From NCBI GenBank assembly GCA_963782915.1, contig CAWALK010000020.1, positions 288,001-352,000 of the forward strand: 64,000 nucleotides of DNA, read 5' to 3'. The number at the start of each line of letters is the position of its first letter. The stretch's first letter is position 1. Under the pieces are notes generated by a model. It searched no databases, had not been told where the DNA came from, and saw only the letters and a list, made by a program, of their open reading frames with translations. This stretch comes from an uncultured archaeon. Lineage in GTDB: Archaea > Thermoproteota > Bathyarchaeia > Bathyarchaeales > Bathycorpusculaceae. The translations under genes and the position numbers were made by a program. Shown here in pieces: positions 34,244-45,277 of the stretch.

Positions 34244-35662
34244 GCCTTCTCCTTATGCCACCTTATACCCTGCGCAGTATCCTCAAGCACAATACCCATA
34301 GCTTTAAGTTGCGCGCGGATTGCGTCGGCTTCTTTCCAATTCTTAGCTTTCCTTGCATCCTCACGCTTCTGCACCAACGCATCGATGTCTGCGGATAGGG
34401 CTTCTTCAACCTCAACTTTACCAATCACACCCAAAACTGCGTCTATGCGCATCATTAAGCCGCCGATATCTGCTGCTTCTTGTTTGCTTACCAAGTTGAC
34501 GTCGAGTAAACCGTTGATTTCCCGCACAAAATCGAAGAGGGATGATAGGGCGATGCCGATGTTTAAGTCGTCGTCCATGGAGCCGCCAAAACAAGCTTCA
34601 AGTTTAGCGGTTAAGATGGCGACTTTTTCTGGGTTTGTTGTGCCCTCAGCCTCATGGAGGCGGCGCACGAAGTTTCGGAGCCGTTCTACTGCTGCTTTTG
34701 AGGCTTCTAAGCCTTCGAAGGTGAAGTTGAATTGTTGGCGATAATGCGTGGACATGAGCAGGTAGCGGATGACGATTGGGTCGTAGCCTTTGGCGAGTAA
34801 GTCGCGGAGTGTGTAGAAGTTGCCCAAGCGCTTGGACATTTTTTTGCCTTCTACTTGGAGGTGCTCGTTGTGCATCCAGTAATTGACAAACTTTTTGCCT
34901 GTCGCCGCTTCGGATTGGGCGGTTTCGTTTTCGTGATGGGGGAACATGTTGTCGACGCCGCCGCAGTGGATGTCAAAGGTTTCGCCTAGGTACTTCATGC
35001 TCATGGCAGAGCATTCGATGTGCCAGCCGGGGCGTCCTTTGCCGAGTTCGGTTTCCCAGAAGACATTGCCGTCTTCGGGAGTCCATGCTTTCCAGAGCGC
35101 GAAGTCTTGGGCTTCCTCTTTGGCATATTCGTCTTGGCTAACCCGTGCGCCCGCTTTGAGTTCACCGACTTTTATGTGGGATAGTTTGCCGTATTCAGGG
35201 AATTTGCACACTGAGAAGTAGATTGAGCCATCTTCGCCCTTGTATGCGATAGCCTTTTGCCATTAGGGTCTGGATTATGGTTACCATTTCGCGGACGTGA
35301 TCTGTGGCTTTGGGGTAGACGTCGGCGGGTTCTATGTTTAGGGCTTTTATGTCTTCGAAGAAGGCTTTCACGTAGAAATCTGTGAATTGGCGTAGTGGGA
35401 TGCCTTGTTTTTGGCTGCCTTTGATGGTTTTGTCGTCGATGTCGGTTAGGTTCATAATGTGGGTGACGTTGTAGCCACGGTAAACCAGCCACCGTTTAAG
35501 CAGATCCTCGAAGAGGAACGCGCGGAAGTTGCCTATGTGGGCGTAATCGTAGACGGTTGGGCCGCAAGTGTACATTTTGGCTTTGCCCGGCACCATCGGG
35601 ATAAATGTTTCTTTTTTGCGTGTTAGGGTATTGAAAAGGCAGATGGATTGATTAGTGGTCAC
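34240..35662 (-). CDS. cysS: cysteine--tRNA ligase (frameshift near 35250)
   Basis: MYTCGPTVYD..HIGN, DFALWK, GRPGWHIECSAM, FPHHENE, KMSKR. Confidence 0.96.
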
Positions 35663-35850
35663 GTTCTCAGCTCAGGTAAGGTTTAGAGCCGAAATTATTT
35701 AAGGCTATATGTAGCTGGGATTCGTTGGCTTATTTGATTCTATATATCGGTAAATCAAAAGAATTCTGTTCTGCTTGCGGTTTACTCCACTACCAGCCAG
35801 CAACTTGTACCAATTGCAGAATACAAAACACAATCGGTAGTATAATCGGC

Positions 35851-35892
35851 TGGTTGTTGTTGAAATAAGAGGGGTCCACAGCGACAACTAAC
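35851..35892 (+). repeat. dispersed hairpin repeat B, copy 2 (degenerate)
   Basis: TGGTTGTTGTTGAAATAAGAGGGGTCCACAGCGACAACTAAC. Confidence 0.55.
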
Positions 35893-36025
35893 AAAACCAA
35901 AAACTGAATCATATAAAAAGCATCACCAAACCCAAAACAGTTGCATACAAATCCAGTTCAAAACCCAACAAACCCACATCAAACCAAACTCCCGCCTAAC
36001 AAGCAACCAACCCAAAACGCATCCA

Positions 36026-36082
36026 CCCAGCACTTGTTGAGCCTATAAATAAGGGAGGGGGTAGGTCGGCAGAGCAACAAAG
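36026..36082 (+). repeat. dispersed repeat core A, copy 5
   Basis: CCCAGCACTTGTTGAGCCTATAAATAAGGGAGGGGGTAGGTCGGCAGAGCAACAAAG. Confidence 0.9.
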
Positions 36083-36112
36083 TCCTGCACGTACGTTCAA
36101 ATTTTCACTGCA

Positions 36113-36165
36113 AACAGTAAAAACTATAACCGTTAACCGATAACTCGTATGACCATCAGGAAGGA
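36113..36165 (+). promoter_or_regulatory. promoter-like region shared with paralog 3 (38722-38773)
   Basis: ACAGTAA-N3-CTATAACC-N8-ATAACTCGTAT...AGGAAG recurs upstream of the 38784 gene. Confidence 0.6.
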
Positions 36166-36170
36166 GCAAT

Positions 36171-37020
36171 ATGGGTAAATCAAAACTGGCAATCACTCTA
36201 TTAGCAATTCTATTAGTCGCTTCACTAGCGGTTAACATCTATTTCGGAAGCCAAAATGTGGCGCTTAACAACCAGACTGCCGCTGACGCAACAAAAGTTG
36301 AAATGACCTCGCTATTGTCAGAGGTGCAAGTACAAGTTGAGGCAGAAATCGAACGCGTCGGCAACAGCGTAATCTACGCTTCACAGCAACTCTCCACCAC
36401 TGGAATCTCAGGCGACCCAGCGCGCCAAATAATCAGCGCCTTAGCCGCCAACAGCAGCTACATAATCGAAGCCGCAACACAAAACCTTGACCGCAAAATG
36501 ATAGTAGTCGAACCCCCAGCATGGCACACATCCGAGGGCAAAACCATCGGTGAACAAAAATGGTTAAACACTAACCCACTTGCTGACTTAACCCCATCTA
36601 TGACGCCAGTTATCATGCTAATAACTAACCAAAGCGGCTGCTCCATAGTTGCCCCAATATTCAACAGCGACAAAGTATTGATTGGCACAGTAAGCTCAAT
36701 TTTTGATCCGCAAGCAATGATTAACGCCTCAATAGACGGCAGTCGCTCCAAATTCAGGCTATAGCTTTACCGCTTCTCAGCTAGATGGCTTAGTAGTTTA
36801 CAGTGGCAGCCCAGCTTTCCAAAGCAAGAACCTCTTCACTGACACATCACTCGATAACTTCCCAGGCATCAGTGGCATCAGAGAATCATCTCATTTGACC
36901 TCTGCAGTAAGCAGCGGCTACCACGCCTATGCAGTTGGAACACAGCAGCGAGAATCCTACTGGACAACAATCAATGCTTATGGCCAAGAATGGCGCTTAG
37001 TTATTCACCACGCAATATAA
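36171..37020 (+). CDS. membrane-anchored Cache/PDC-like sensor-domain protein, paralog 1 (frameshift near 36750)
   Basis: N-terminal TM; API(F)N....IGTVS.IFDP; C-terminal YWTTINAYGQEWRLVIH in shifted frame. Confidence 0.7.
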
Positions 37021-37054
37021 GTAAGCCCAGAAGAAGTTAATGTAGAGAAAAGGC

Positions 37055-37920
37055 ATGGCTAAATCAAACCTAATCGCAATCATATTGACTGCAGCGTTAA
37101 TCATCTCAATCGCTGCCAACCTCTACTTTGTAACCCAAAACCCATCCCTAAACAGCCAAAAAACTGCTGATCAAGCAAAAATCGACATGATTGCCACCTT
37201 AACGCAAGCACAAATCAGCACAGACACCGAATTGAGGCGAATCGGCGAAAGCCTCATCTATGCATCAGAACAGTTAGGCAAAGCTGGAATCGTTGGCGAC
37301 CAAGCAGACAGCAATCCTTAATGCGTTGGCAGCAAAACAGCTCATTCATAATTAACGCTGCAACAGAAAACCTCGACAACACAATTGTAGCAGCCGAACC
37401 CTCCAACTGGAGCTACATCGAAGGCAGAAACGTCGGCGAACAAACCTACCTTAACCCTAACCCAAACGGCGAAATAACGCCCATGATGACTCCTGTTGTT
37501 CCCCTGCAGTCAGATATGATGGGTAATATTGTGGCAGCTCCAATTTTTAACAGTAACAAAGAATTGATTGGCACCGTGAGCGTCATTTTTGATCCAGCCA
37601 AACTCCTCAACGCCACCATAACAGCAGCATTACAAGGCACCTCTTACACAACTACTGTCATGCAGGTTGATGGCTTGATGATTTTCGACACTGACCCCTT
37701 GCAGCAATACAAGAACATGTTCACTGACCCCGCATACGCTAACTATACGCAGCTCCTATTGTTGGGGCATCATGTGGCGGATTATAGCAGCGGATATGGC
37801 ACCTACAAATTCACCGTAGATGCAGCATCACCCATAGTTGTAAACAAAGAATGCTACTGGACCACAGTTTCCGCTTTTGGCCAAGAATGGCGTATAGCCC
37901 TCCAACATTCACTAAGTTAA
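37055..37920 (+). CDS. membrane-anchored Cache/PDC-like protein, paralog 2 (frameshift near 37310)
   Basis: Same architecture; MQVDG..IFD.D..Q...N; YWTTVSAFGQEWRIA. Confidence 0.72.
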
Positions 37921-37965
37921 AGTGAAATAATAAACCCTAAATAACAAAACTGCTACTTGCCAGTT

Positions 37966-38650
37966 ATGTTAGGCTCAGATAATTCCACTCCGCATAAAGC
38001 ATCCACTTATGATGCGCAGGTACGAAAAACCCTGGTTTACTATGACAGCTTTCACGATGAAACCCTAAACATCCTCAAAGCCAATGCGTATATCGCCTAA
38101 AAATTGGCTCGATACAGGCTGCGGAACAGGCACACTCGTTGAAAAAGCACTCAAACAATTCCCAAATACCCACTTTGTCTTGGTTGATCCTTCACCGCAG
38201 ATGATAGAAGCCGCCAAACAAAAACTCGCAACTTACCCAAACGTAGAATTTCTTGAGCCTGCCCCAACAGAAAACCTATCCAACCTAAAAACCACCTTCG
38301 ATGTAATAACAGCCATACAAAGCCACCATTACTCAACCACCCCCGAACACCAAAAAGCCACCCAAATCTGCTTCAACCTACTAAACCCAAAAGGAATCTA
38401 CATAACCTTCGAAAACATTCGCCCCTTCACTGTTCAGGGTACAGAAATCGGTAAAGAGAACTGGAAACGCTTCCAAATAGCAAGCGGCAGAGACCAAGCC
38501 ACAGCAGAAGCCCATATGCAACGTTTCGGCACAGAATACTATCCCTTAACAGTCGAAGAACACCTGTCTTTGCTGCGGAAAACTGGGTTTTCAGTGGTTG
38601 AATTATTGTGGTTTTCAGTTATGCAAGCTGGATTCTATTGCATCAAATAG
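37966..38650 (+). CDS. class I SAM-dependent methyltransferase (CmoA-like; frameshift near 38083)
   Basis: N-terminal YD.QVRK.L.YYD.FH from ATG 37966; WLDTGCGTG; HHY. Confidence 0.85.
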
Positions 38651-38721
38651 TTGATTCCTAGTCTTTAGGCTGTACCAGCCACATCTGGCGTAGCATGTTT
38701 ACTTTAAAACATTTATTGGTA

Positions 38722-38773
38722 GACAGTAATGCCTATAACCAATCCACTCATAACTCGTATCTTACATAGGAAG
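38722..38773 (+). promoter_or_regulatory. promoter-like region shared with paralog 1
   Basis: ACAGTAA-N3-CTATAACC-N9-ATAACTCGTAT...AGGAAG. Confidence 0.6.
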
Positions 38774-38783
38774 ATATGTGCAA

Positions 38784-39615
38784 ATGAATCGGTCTAAAAT
38801 ACCCCTAACCCTTTTAGCAGTTTTATTAATCGCCTCAATTGGCGCAAACGTCTACTTCGCAGGCTTCATGACAGCGCCAAACAACAATGACCAAACTAAA
38901 CTTGGGATGGTCTCAGCGCTATCGCAGGTCCAAGTCAATATAGACACTGAACTGCAAAAGATCGGCAGCAGCCTCGCCCTTGCCTCACAGAAACTCACCT
39001 ACACAGGCTTAACAGGTACACAAGCAGACGCAGTGCTAAGCGAGCTAGCCGCTAACAGCACATTTATCATCGACGCAGGAACCGAAGACATGAACAACAT
39101 AATGGTTGCTGTGCAGCCACCATCATGCAGCAACGTAATCGGCATAAACGTCGGCGAACAAACCTGGCTAAACACCAACCCAAACGGTCCCATAACACCC
39201 ATGATGACTCCAGTCATATCCCTAATCGAAGGCACAACAGGCATAGCAATGGCAGCACCAGTCTTCAACACAAACAAAGAAATGATCGGCACAGTCAGCA
39301 TCATCTTTAACCCACAGGCACTCATCAGCGCAGCTGTCGCAAAAACCCCGGACAACGCCAAATATGAATTCGCAGCTATGCAGACAGACGGATATTCAAT
39401 GTACGACAGTGAGCCAGAATACCAGGGCACAAACCTCCTCACCAACACTTCAGTGACCAGGCTACAGCCTCATCTATAATTCAGTAAGCCTAACTGCCAA
39501 CAACATCTCTGGATACTACCTCTACGACTACCAAGGCACCAATTGGCAACTGTACTGGACAACCATAAACGCTTTCGGCCAAGACTGGCGACTAGCTGTT
39601 CACCATGCAGCATAA
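38784..39615 (+). CDS. membrane-anchored Cache/PDC-like protein, paralog 3 (frameshift near 39460)
   Basis: Same architecture; YWTTINAFGQDWRLAVHHAA in shifted frame. Confidence 0.72.
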
Positions 39616-39708
39616 AACAATCAACTTTTTCCTTTTCCTTTTTTGTTAAACTTGTAAGTAACGACTAAATTGTTACGTTAACCTGTCTGGTAAATGGATT
39701 CTACAGCA

Positions 39709-41039
39709 TTAAATAACCATATAACCCAATTCGCCGTCGCTCTCAGCTACCACGATTTTGCCTTTGAGATACGTCATTGAAGCCTCAACCACTTCAACCC
39801 TCAAAGTTTTACCCAACAAGTCTTCGCTGCTTTTAACTACGATGGGTTTGTAAGCGAAATTCCGACCAATCCATGAACCCTCCACTTTACCCTTCTCATC
39901 CACCAGCACTTCACCGCTCCAACCAACCCAATTCTTGTTACGTTTCGCCGACAGATTTTTGGCTAATTCCGCTGCAAGGGTGCTTCTGCGTTTGGTTTCT
40001 TCTTTTTCAACTAAACCATCACGCATTTCCCACGCCGCCGTTTTGGGTCGGGCAAAAAACTTTGGAGACATTGGTGATGTCTGGCTGAATTTCTTCGAGG
40101 AGTTTGAGTGTATTGTTGAAGGCTTCTTCTGTTTCGCCCGGAAAACCAACGATGACATCGGTTGCAAGGGTTATATCGGGGAATTCTTCTCTGAAAGCTT
40201 CAACAATCCCCTTGAATTCTGCTGATGTGTAGAATCTGCGCATGCCTTTCAAGACGTTGTCGTCGCCGCTTTGCACCGGCAGATGCAGGAACTTGAAGAC
40301 TTTCTGGTTCTTCAAAAGAGCCAATTAGGCGTTCCTGTATGTCGGTAACCAAGTTGGGTGTCATCATGCCAACTCGGACCCGAAAATCCCCTTTTAAGCC
40401 GCCGACTGCGCACAGCAATTCGGCGAGGTTAGTGTGGATGTCTCTGCCGTAGCTTGAGGTATCTTGGGAAGTTAGCCAAAACTCCCGTGCACCCGCATCG
40501 TAATCTGTTTGGATTCGTTGGGTGATTTCGTTTACTCCATAACTTCGCAGATGTCCCCTTGCATGCACAACACAACAGTAAGTGCAGCTTCCTAAGCACC
40601 CGAAATTGATGGGAACAACGCTGACAACGGGATTTGTGCTCAGTTTAGGTAGGGTAAGTGACGGTTTTTCTTTGAGTGCTGCTAAATCGATGATGTTTTC
40701 GCCGGCTAAAACACGGTTGACTACATCGACGATTTCTTTGCCGACTGCTGGGCCGATTGCGGCGTCGAAGCGGGTTTCGCGGTTGAGGCGCTCAAAACTG
40801 ATTTTGGGTAAGCATCCTGCGACAATGATTTTTTTGTTTTTTGGGGCATGTTTTATGTCGTCGATTATGCGGTTTTCTGTTGGTCCTTTAACTGCACAGC
40901 TGTTAAAAATGATCACATCAGCTTCTGCTTCGGTGGTTGCGAGTGTGTATCCTGCTTGTTTTAGGCATCCTGCGAGTGTTTCTCCATCGGCGGTGTTTGA
41001 GCTGCAGCCATAGTTTTTGATGTGGACTTTGCTGTGCAT
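39709..41039 (-). CDS. MiaB/MtaB-like tRNA t6A37 methylthiotransferase, radical SAM + TRAM (two frameshifts)
   Basis: YGCS.N.AD, NSCAVK, VAGC, GCLGSCTYC, LHLPVQSG, DVIVGFPGET, GRN.AYK. Confidence 0.92.
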
Positions 41040-41251
41040 GTTGTAACCTGATTGTTAGTTGCTTTGTCTTGCCATAAAAACGTGTTCCCTAGCTTGGCTG
41101 AATTGACATTTAGCTGATGAATCCCCGTTTTTGGCTTTATATGTAGTGGTACCAACATGTTATGGGCATGTATGTAGCATAATATGTAGAAGTATAAGTG
41201 TCCAGTAGCGTTGTATAGTTGTAAAGAAGTAGCAGGGGAGAGATAACCCAA

Positions 41252-41407
41252 TTGAAACTAATAACTCTGTATTTACCTGAGACGTATATTAAAGCTTTGG
41301 ACCAGTTAGTGGACGAGCGGTTCTACCCTAACCGAGCCGAGGCTATTCGAGTTGCAATCAGAGATCTTATCAGTGCTGAAGTTTGGAGGCGAAAAGGCGT
41401 TGACTAA
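41252..41407 (+). CDS. ribbon-helix-helix transcription factor, CdrS-like (51 aa, not in ORF track)
   Basis: MKLITLYLPETYIKALDQLVDERFYPNRAEAIRVAIRDLISAEVWRRKGVD; TTG start with GGGGAG upstream. Confidence 0.88.
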   Translation: MKLITLYLPETYIKALDQLVDERFYPNRAEAIRVAIRDLISAEVWRRKGVD

Positions 41408-41684
41408 ACATGTTCATGATGATTTGAAATGCAACCTCTCCGTCGACGACGCCAAAGTTGAAGTTGCCCCAGTTAAGCCGGCACTCATCGAATCGTCCAT
41501 GGTTATTGCTGCACAGGGTATTGTAGCGCAACCGAAAAAGGTAAGGATGGATAAAGTAAAATTGACCGCTAAAAAGAGTCGCTTAGACAAAGCCACCAGC
41601 CACCTCTATGACCTCGAAGACTGCCACGGCCCAGAAAAATCCTTAAACATCGATTTGGGCCTCTATCAAATGGAAGACTACTAA
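41400..41684 (+). CDS. hypothetical protein translationally coupled to the RHH gene
   Basis: TTG start overlapping the RHH stop, GGAGG upstream; C-terminal LYDLED..GPEKSLNIDLGLYQMEDY. Confidence 0.65.
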   Translation: MTKHVHDDLKCNLSVDDAKVEVAPVKPALIESSMVIAAQGIVAQPKKVRMDKVKLTAKKSRLDKATSHLYDLEDCHGPEKSLNIDLGLYQMEDY

Positions 41685-41755
41685 TCTTCCTACCCAACTT
41701 TTAGACAATTCCGCGTTAACAAAGCATATATTTTCTGCGCAATCCCTCTTCTGCT

Positions 41756-42467
41756 ATGAGCACTATTCTTGCCCAAATACGAGCGGACCTCCAAGCCAAC
41801 GTCGATGAACATACAAAACAGATTTCTCAGCATTTCTTCAAAGAAAACATTAAAGTCTACGGAATCAAAACCGCAACTGTCGGAAAAATCGCAAAAAAAT
41901 ATTGGCCCCAAATCAAACCTTTAGGTAAACAAGAAATTTTCCGTTTATGCGAACAATTCTACAGCTCAGACTACCTCGAAGAAGCTGGATTGGTTGCCGA
42001 TTGGCTTCCACGCTACCTCGAGCACCTCGAAGCCTCGGATATAACCACGTTTAAGCACTGGATTGAATGCTACATCAACAACTGGGCAAAATGCGACAGC
42101 TTCTGCAACCACACCATCGGCGACTTAATCGTGAAATGCCCCGAAATCGTCGGAGAAGTCAAAAGCTGGGCAAAAAGCAGCAATCGCTGGTTGAAGCGTG
42201 CTTCGGCGGTTTCGTTTATTGTGCCTGCAAAACGAGGCAAGTTCCTCGCTGGATGCGTTTGAAATCTGCGATGTGTTGTTGCTGGATGGGGATGATATGG
42301 TGCAGAAGGGTTATGGTTGGCTTCTCAAAGAGGAAAGCCGTGTGCACCAAAAAGAAGTCTTCGATTACGTGGTTAAGTACCGAAAAGTTATGCCTCGGAC
42401 GGCGTTGCGTTATGCGATTGAGTTGATGCCTAAAGAGCTCAAGATGGAAGCAATGAAGAAAGAATAA
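41756..42467 (+). CDS. DNA alkylation repair (AlkD-like HEAT repeat) protein (frameshift near 42248)
   Basis: NNWA.CD, WAKS.NRW.KR, D.MVQKG.GW.LKE, MPRTALRYAIE. Confidence 0.88.
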
Positions 42468-42470
42468 CTG

Positions 42471-42514
42471 CGTTTGTTGCTCTGCACAGGGGTACCCCCT
42501 CCCCTATATATAGG
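42471..42514 (-). repeat. dispersed repeat core A, copy 6
   Basis: Reverse complement CCTATATATAGGGGAGGGGGTACCCCTGTGCAGAGCAACAAACG. Confidence 0.85.
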
Positions 42515-42736
42515 ATAGACAATTGCATGCTAAGATGTTAAGACGGCATTAACCGTTCATTGAATAAGCCAGTCTTGTGGCTAATGAATGCTGAGGGAAA
42601 CATTGTTTTGATATGCGTTTGCAGTGGGTCTAGCCTGCGGAATGCCGTGTTGGAACCCAGTGGTCTCTAAGCCATTACGTGACCTTTAATTAACGCCCCA
42701 AAGCTGATTCAATTATTCGCTAACCGATTGAATAGC

Positions 42737-43393
42737 TTACTTTTTTGCTCTCCCTCGCCAAACCACCAACAAAACCAACGCCACAAAAATCGATGCCACC
42801 GCAACCAACCCTGCAACCAACACATATAGAACGCCTGGGGCTAACCCGGCAATTTGCGGCTGCCAAAGATTAGTCGCTTTCACCTCCGAAAAAACCATGC
42901 AATCATCCAGCAAAGTCGTCGCTTTCACCATAATGCCTGTTTGTTTATCCCAGTAGTAACTGGTATTGTGTGCTTCCCCAGTGAGCACGGTGCGTTGTGT
43001 TCCCGCGGCTTCGATGGTGTGGGTGCCTGTTATTGTTATGTTGCCTTCATACTGACTGAAGTAGATGTCGCCGACGGATAGGTTGGTGGGTATGATGGCT
43101 CCTTCGCCGACTAAGCCCGTGGCAACATTAAAGTTTGTGTTTGGTTCAAGCCACAACGTGCCGTTGCCCAGCATTGTTTGAATGTCAGTGTTTATGGTGG
43201 AGCCTTCAACGCTTTTGACATCTAATCTTGCCCATGTGATGTTGTGGATTGGTGTCGGGTTGCCTATGGCGGTGACTTTGTATTCTATCCAGTCGCCTTG
43301 CTTTACAGCCACAGAAGGTGCCGCCGATGCAATGTTTACAGCTAAAGCTGCAACCAACAGAATTGCCGTGGCTAATAGGGCTAATTTCTTCAT
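42737..43393 (-). CDS. secreted protein with C-terminal membrane anchor
   Basis: Signal peptide MKKLALL..; VK.GDWIEY; YYWDK.TGI; C-terminal TM. Confidence 0.8.
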   Translation of the reverse strand: MKKLALLATAILLVAALAVNIASAAPSVAVKQGDWIEYKVTAIGNPTPIHNITWARLDVKSVEGSTINTDIQTMLGNGTLWLEPNTNFNVATGLVGEGAIIPTNLSVGDIYFSQYEGNITITGTHTIEAAGTQRTVLTGEAHNTSYYWDKQTGIMVKATTLLDDCMVFSEVKATNLWQPQIAGLAPGVLYVLVAGLVAVASIFVALVLLVVWRGRAKK

Positions 43394-43508
43394 TGCAGGT
43401 CGAGGCGTCTTTGTTGGTTTATGCTTAAATTTTTTGTGCATAATCACCGCTCTTATGTGGTACTCAAAAATGCAGGTCTAAAATTAGTGAGGGAATGTTT
43501 TTGGGGAA

Positions 43509-43548
43509 CTGTTGCTTTGCAGTACCTCCCCTCCCCTTATTTAAAGCA
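43509..43548 (-). repeat. dispersed repeat core A, copy 7
   Basis: Reverse complement GCTTTAAATAAGGGGAGGGGAGGTACTGCAAAGCAACAG. Confidence 0.8.
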
Positions 43549-43575
43549 GAAATCTGGCTTTTGCTGGGTCCAATT

Positions 43576-43974
43576 TTATTTAACTGTGATGGTTCCCTTG
43601 CATTTCTTGCTTCCACAAGTGCATTTCATGGAAAAGCCGCTTTCAGACTCTTTCCTGTAATCTGCGGTTAATTCATCGCCTTTCTTTATGTCCTTTTTCG
43701 CGACATAGGTAAAGTTTTCAAGGCGAACGTTAGAGTCGCATGAATGGTTAACCCAGCAATCAGCGGGAACCAAAATATACTTGCCCTCAATGAAGGAAAC
43801 ATGCTCCCTATCCGCTTTAGAGAGATTTTCAAGGTCTTGTTTTTGAAGTTCTCTATAAGCGTTCCATTTGATGACTATTGCATCTTTTTTGAAATTACGT
43901 GCGGCGAATATGCCAAGCCCATTAATCTTTGACCTTTTTACTACAACATCAATAACCACGGATAAAGACACCAT
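43576..43974 (-). CDS. SET domain protein with post-SET Zn motif
   Basis: S.I.GLGIFA, NHSCD.N, DI.KGDELT.DY, CTCGSKKCKG. Confidence 0.92.
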   Translation of the reverse strand: MVSLSVVIDVVVKRSKINGLGIFAARNFKKDAIVIKWNAYRELQKQDLENLSKADREHVSFIEGKYILVPADCWVNHSCDSNVRLENFTYVAKKDIKKGDELTADYRKESESGFSMKCTCGSKKCKGTITVK

Positions 43975-44122
43975 AACTATTTTTTTCTTAAACAGTAAAT
44001 TAACAACAGTGTATTTCAATCTTTCAGCAATTTCGGATGTAAAATTCCTGTTTTTAGCTAATTATTAAATAATCAGACCCAGAACAGTTCTCTTGAAGCA
44101 AAAAATGTTTTTCTGAGGTTAT

Positions 44123-44695
44123 GTGATGAAGGTTGAACTTGGCGCAAAAAACTGTCTCTATCCCTTGCCCACCGTACTGGTCGGCGCATTAGTGAATGGT
44201 AAACCAAACTACCTTGCCATAGCGCATGTCGGAATAATGGATCTGGGCAGCGTCTCTTTGGGCATGAATAAAACCCATTACACAAACATCGGCATCAAAG
44301 CGAACAAAACCTTCAGCATCAACATACCCTCAACGAAACTGGTAAAAGAAACCGATTACTGCGGGTTAGTATCTGGCAAAGATACAGACAAAGCGGACCT
44401 CTTCAAAACATTCTACGGTAAACTCAAGACCGCTCCGTTGATAGAGGAGTGTGCCGTGAACATGGAATGTGAACTCTTGCAAACAGTTGATTTTCCACAG
44501 CACGACATATTCATCGGCAAAGTAGTTGAAACGCATTGCGATGAATCGGTCCTCACGGGTGGGGTTGTGGATTTGGAGAAGTTGCAGCCAATCCTATTTG
44601 CGATGAATGACCGCAGTTACTATCGTTTGGGTGAGCGGTTTGCGAGGGCTTGGAGCATAGGAAAAGACCTTAAACAAAAGAATAGCGAGTCGTGA
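44123..44695 (+). CDS. flavin reductase family protein (flavoredoxin-like)
   Basis: YPLP.VLVG, HYTN.GI, DYCG.VSG...DK, AP.IEEC...MEC, H.IFIG. Confidence 0.9.
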   Translation: MMKVELGAKNCLYPLPTVLVGALVNGKPNYLAIAHVGIMDLGSVSLGMNKTHYTNIGIKANKTFSINIPSTKLVKETDYCGLVSGKDTDKADLFKTFYGKLKTAPLIEECAVNMECELLQTVDFPQHDIFIGKVVETHCDESVLTGGVVDLEKLQPILFAMNDRSYYRLGERFARAWSIGKDLKQKNSES

Positions 44696-44843
44696 GTCAC
44701 AAGCTACGCGCATGATTGTATAAGTTTACCCTTGATTTCACACTTTTCTCTGTGTTTTTCCATCGTTTTCTTGAAAAAAATTAAACATTCATCCATAACC
44801 CTAATAAGGGAAAGTTCTTTTCCCCTTAAAATGGGGCAATTGG

Positions 44844-45263
44844 ATGTCGATTAATCTTCAGAGCGCCAAAAACTTTGAGGAAACCGTTGAAACAGTTTTC
44901 AGACATATGGGTTATCACACACAAACCAACATAACCCTACACACTAGACCTGTTCATATCCATGCGGAAATGCATCACCCGAAAGGCAAACAGAAACTGC
45001 TCATAGAATGCAAACATTACCACCATCACCATGAATCAGTGGGTGTGCATGATGTCCAAAGATTCTGCGACAAAATCGCTTTCGCCAGAGAGCAATCGCG
45101 GGCAGATATTGGGTTACTGGTTTCGAATACTGAGTTCAGTCCAGAAGCTGTATCATGGTGTGCAAGGAACTGCTCATTTGTCAAATTGAGAACCTATAAG
45201 CAGGTACTACACGCTTCTACCCGATGCCGAAAGCTACTGCGAAAATTCCACAAACACATGTAG
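44844..45263 (+). CDS. Mrr-like restriction-endonuclease-fold protein
   Basis: FEE.V..VF..MGY, IECKH, VG..DVQ.F, G.LVSN..FS..A. Confidence 0.7.
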   Translation: MSINLQSAKNFEETVETVFRHMGYHTQTNITLHTRPVHIHAEMHHPKGKQKLLIECKHYHHHHESVGVHDVQRFCDKIAFAREQSRADIGLLVSNTEFSPEAVSWCARNCSFVKLRTYKQVLHASTRCRKLLRKFHKHM

Positions 45264-45277
45264 CCTAAGCTTCAGCT

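Noticed and set aside
14900-35260. Programmed frameshifting in lhr, rnz, prs and cysS
   Set aside because: No shared slippery motif, and the same kind of break occurs throughout the window, so an artefact is more parsimonious
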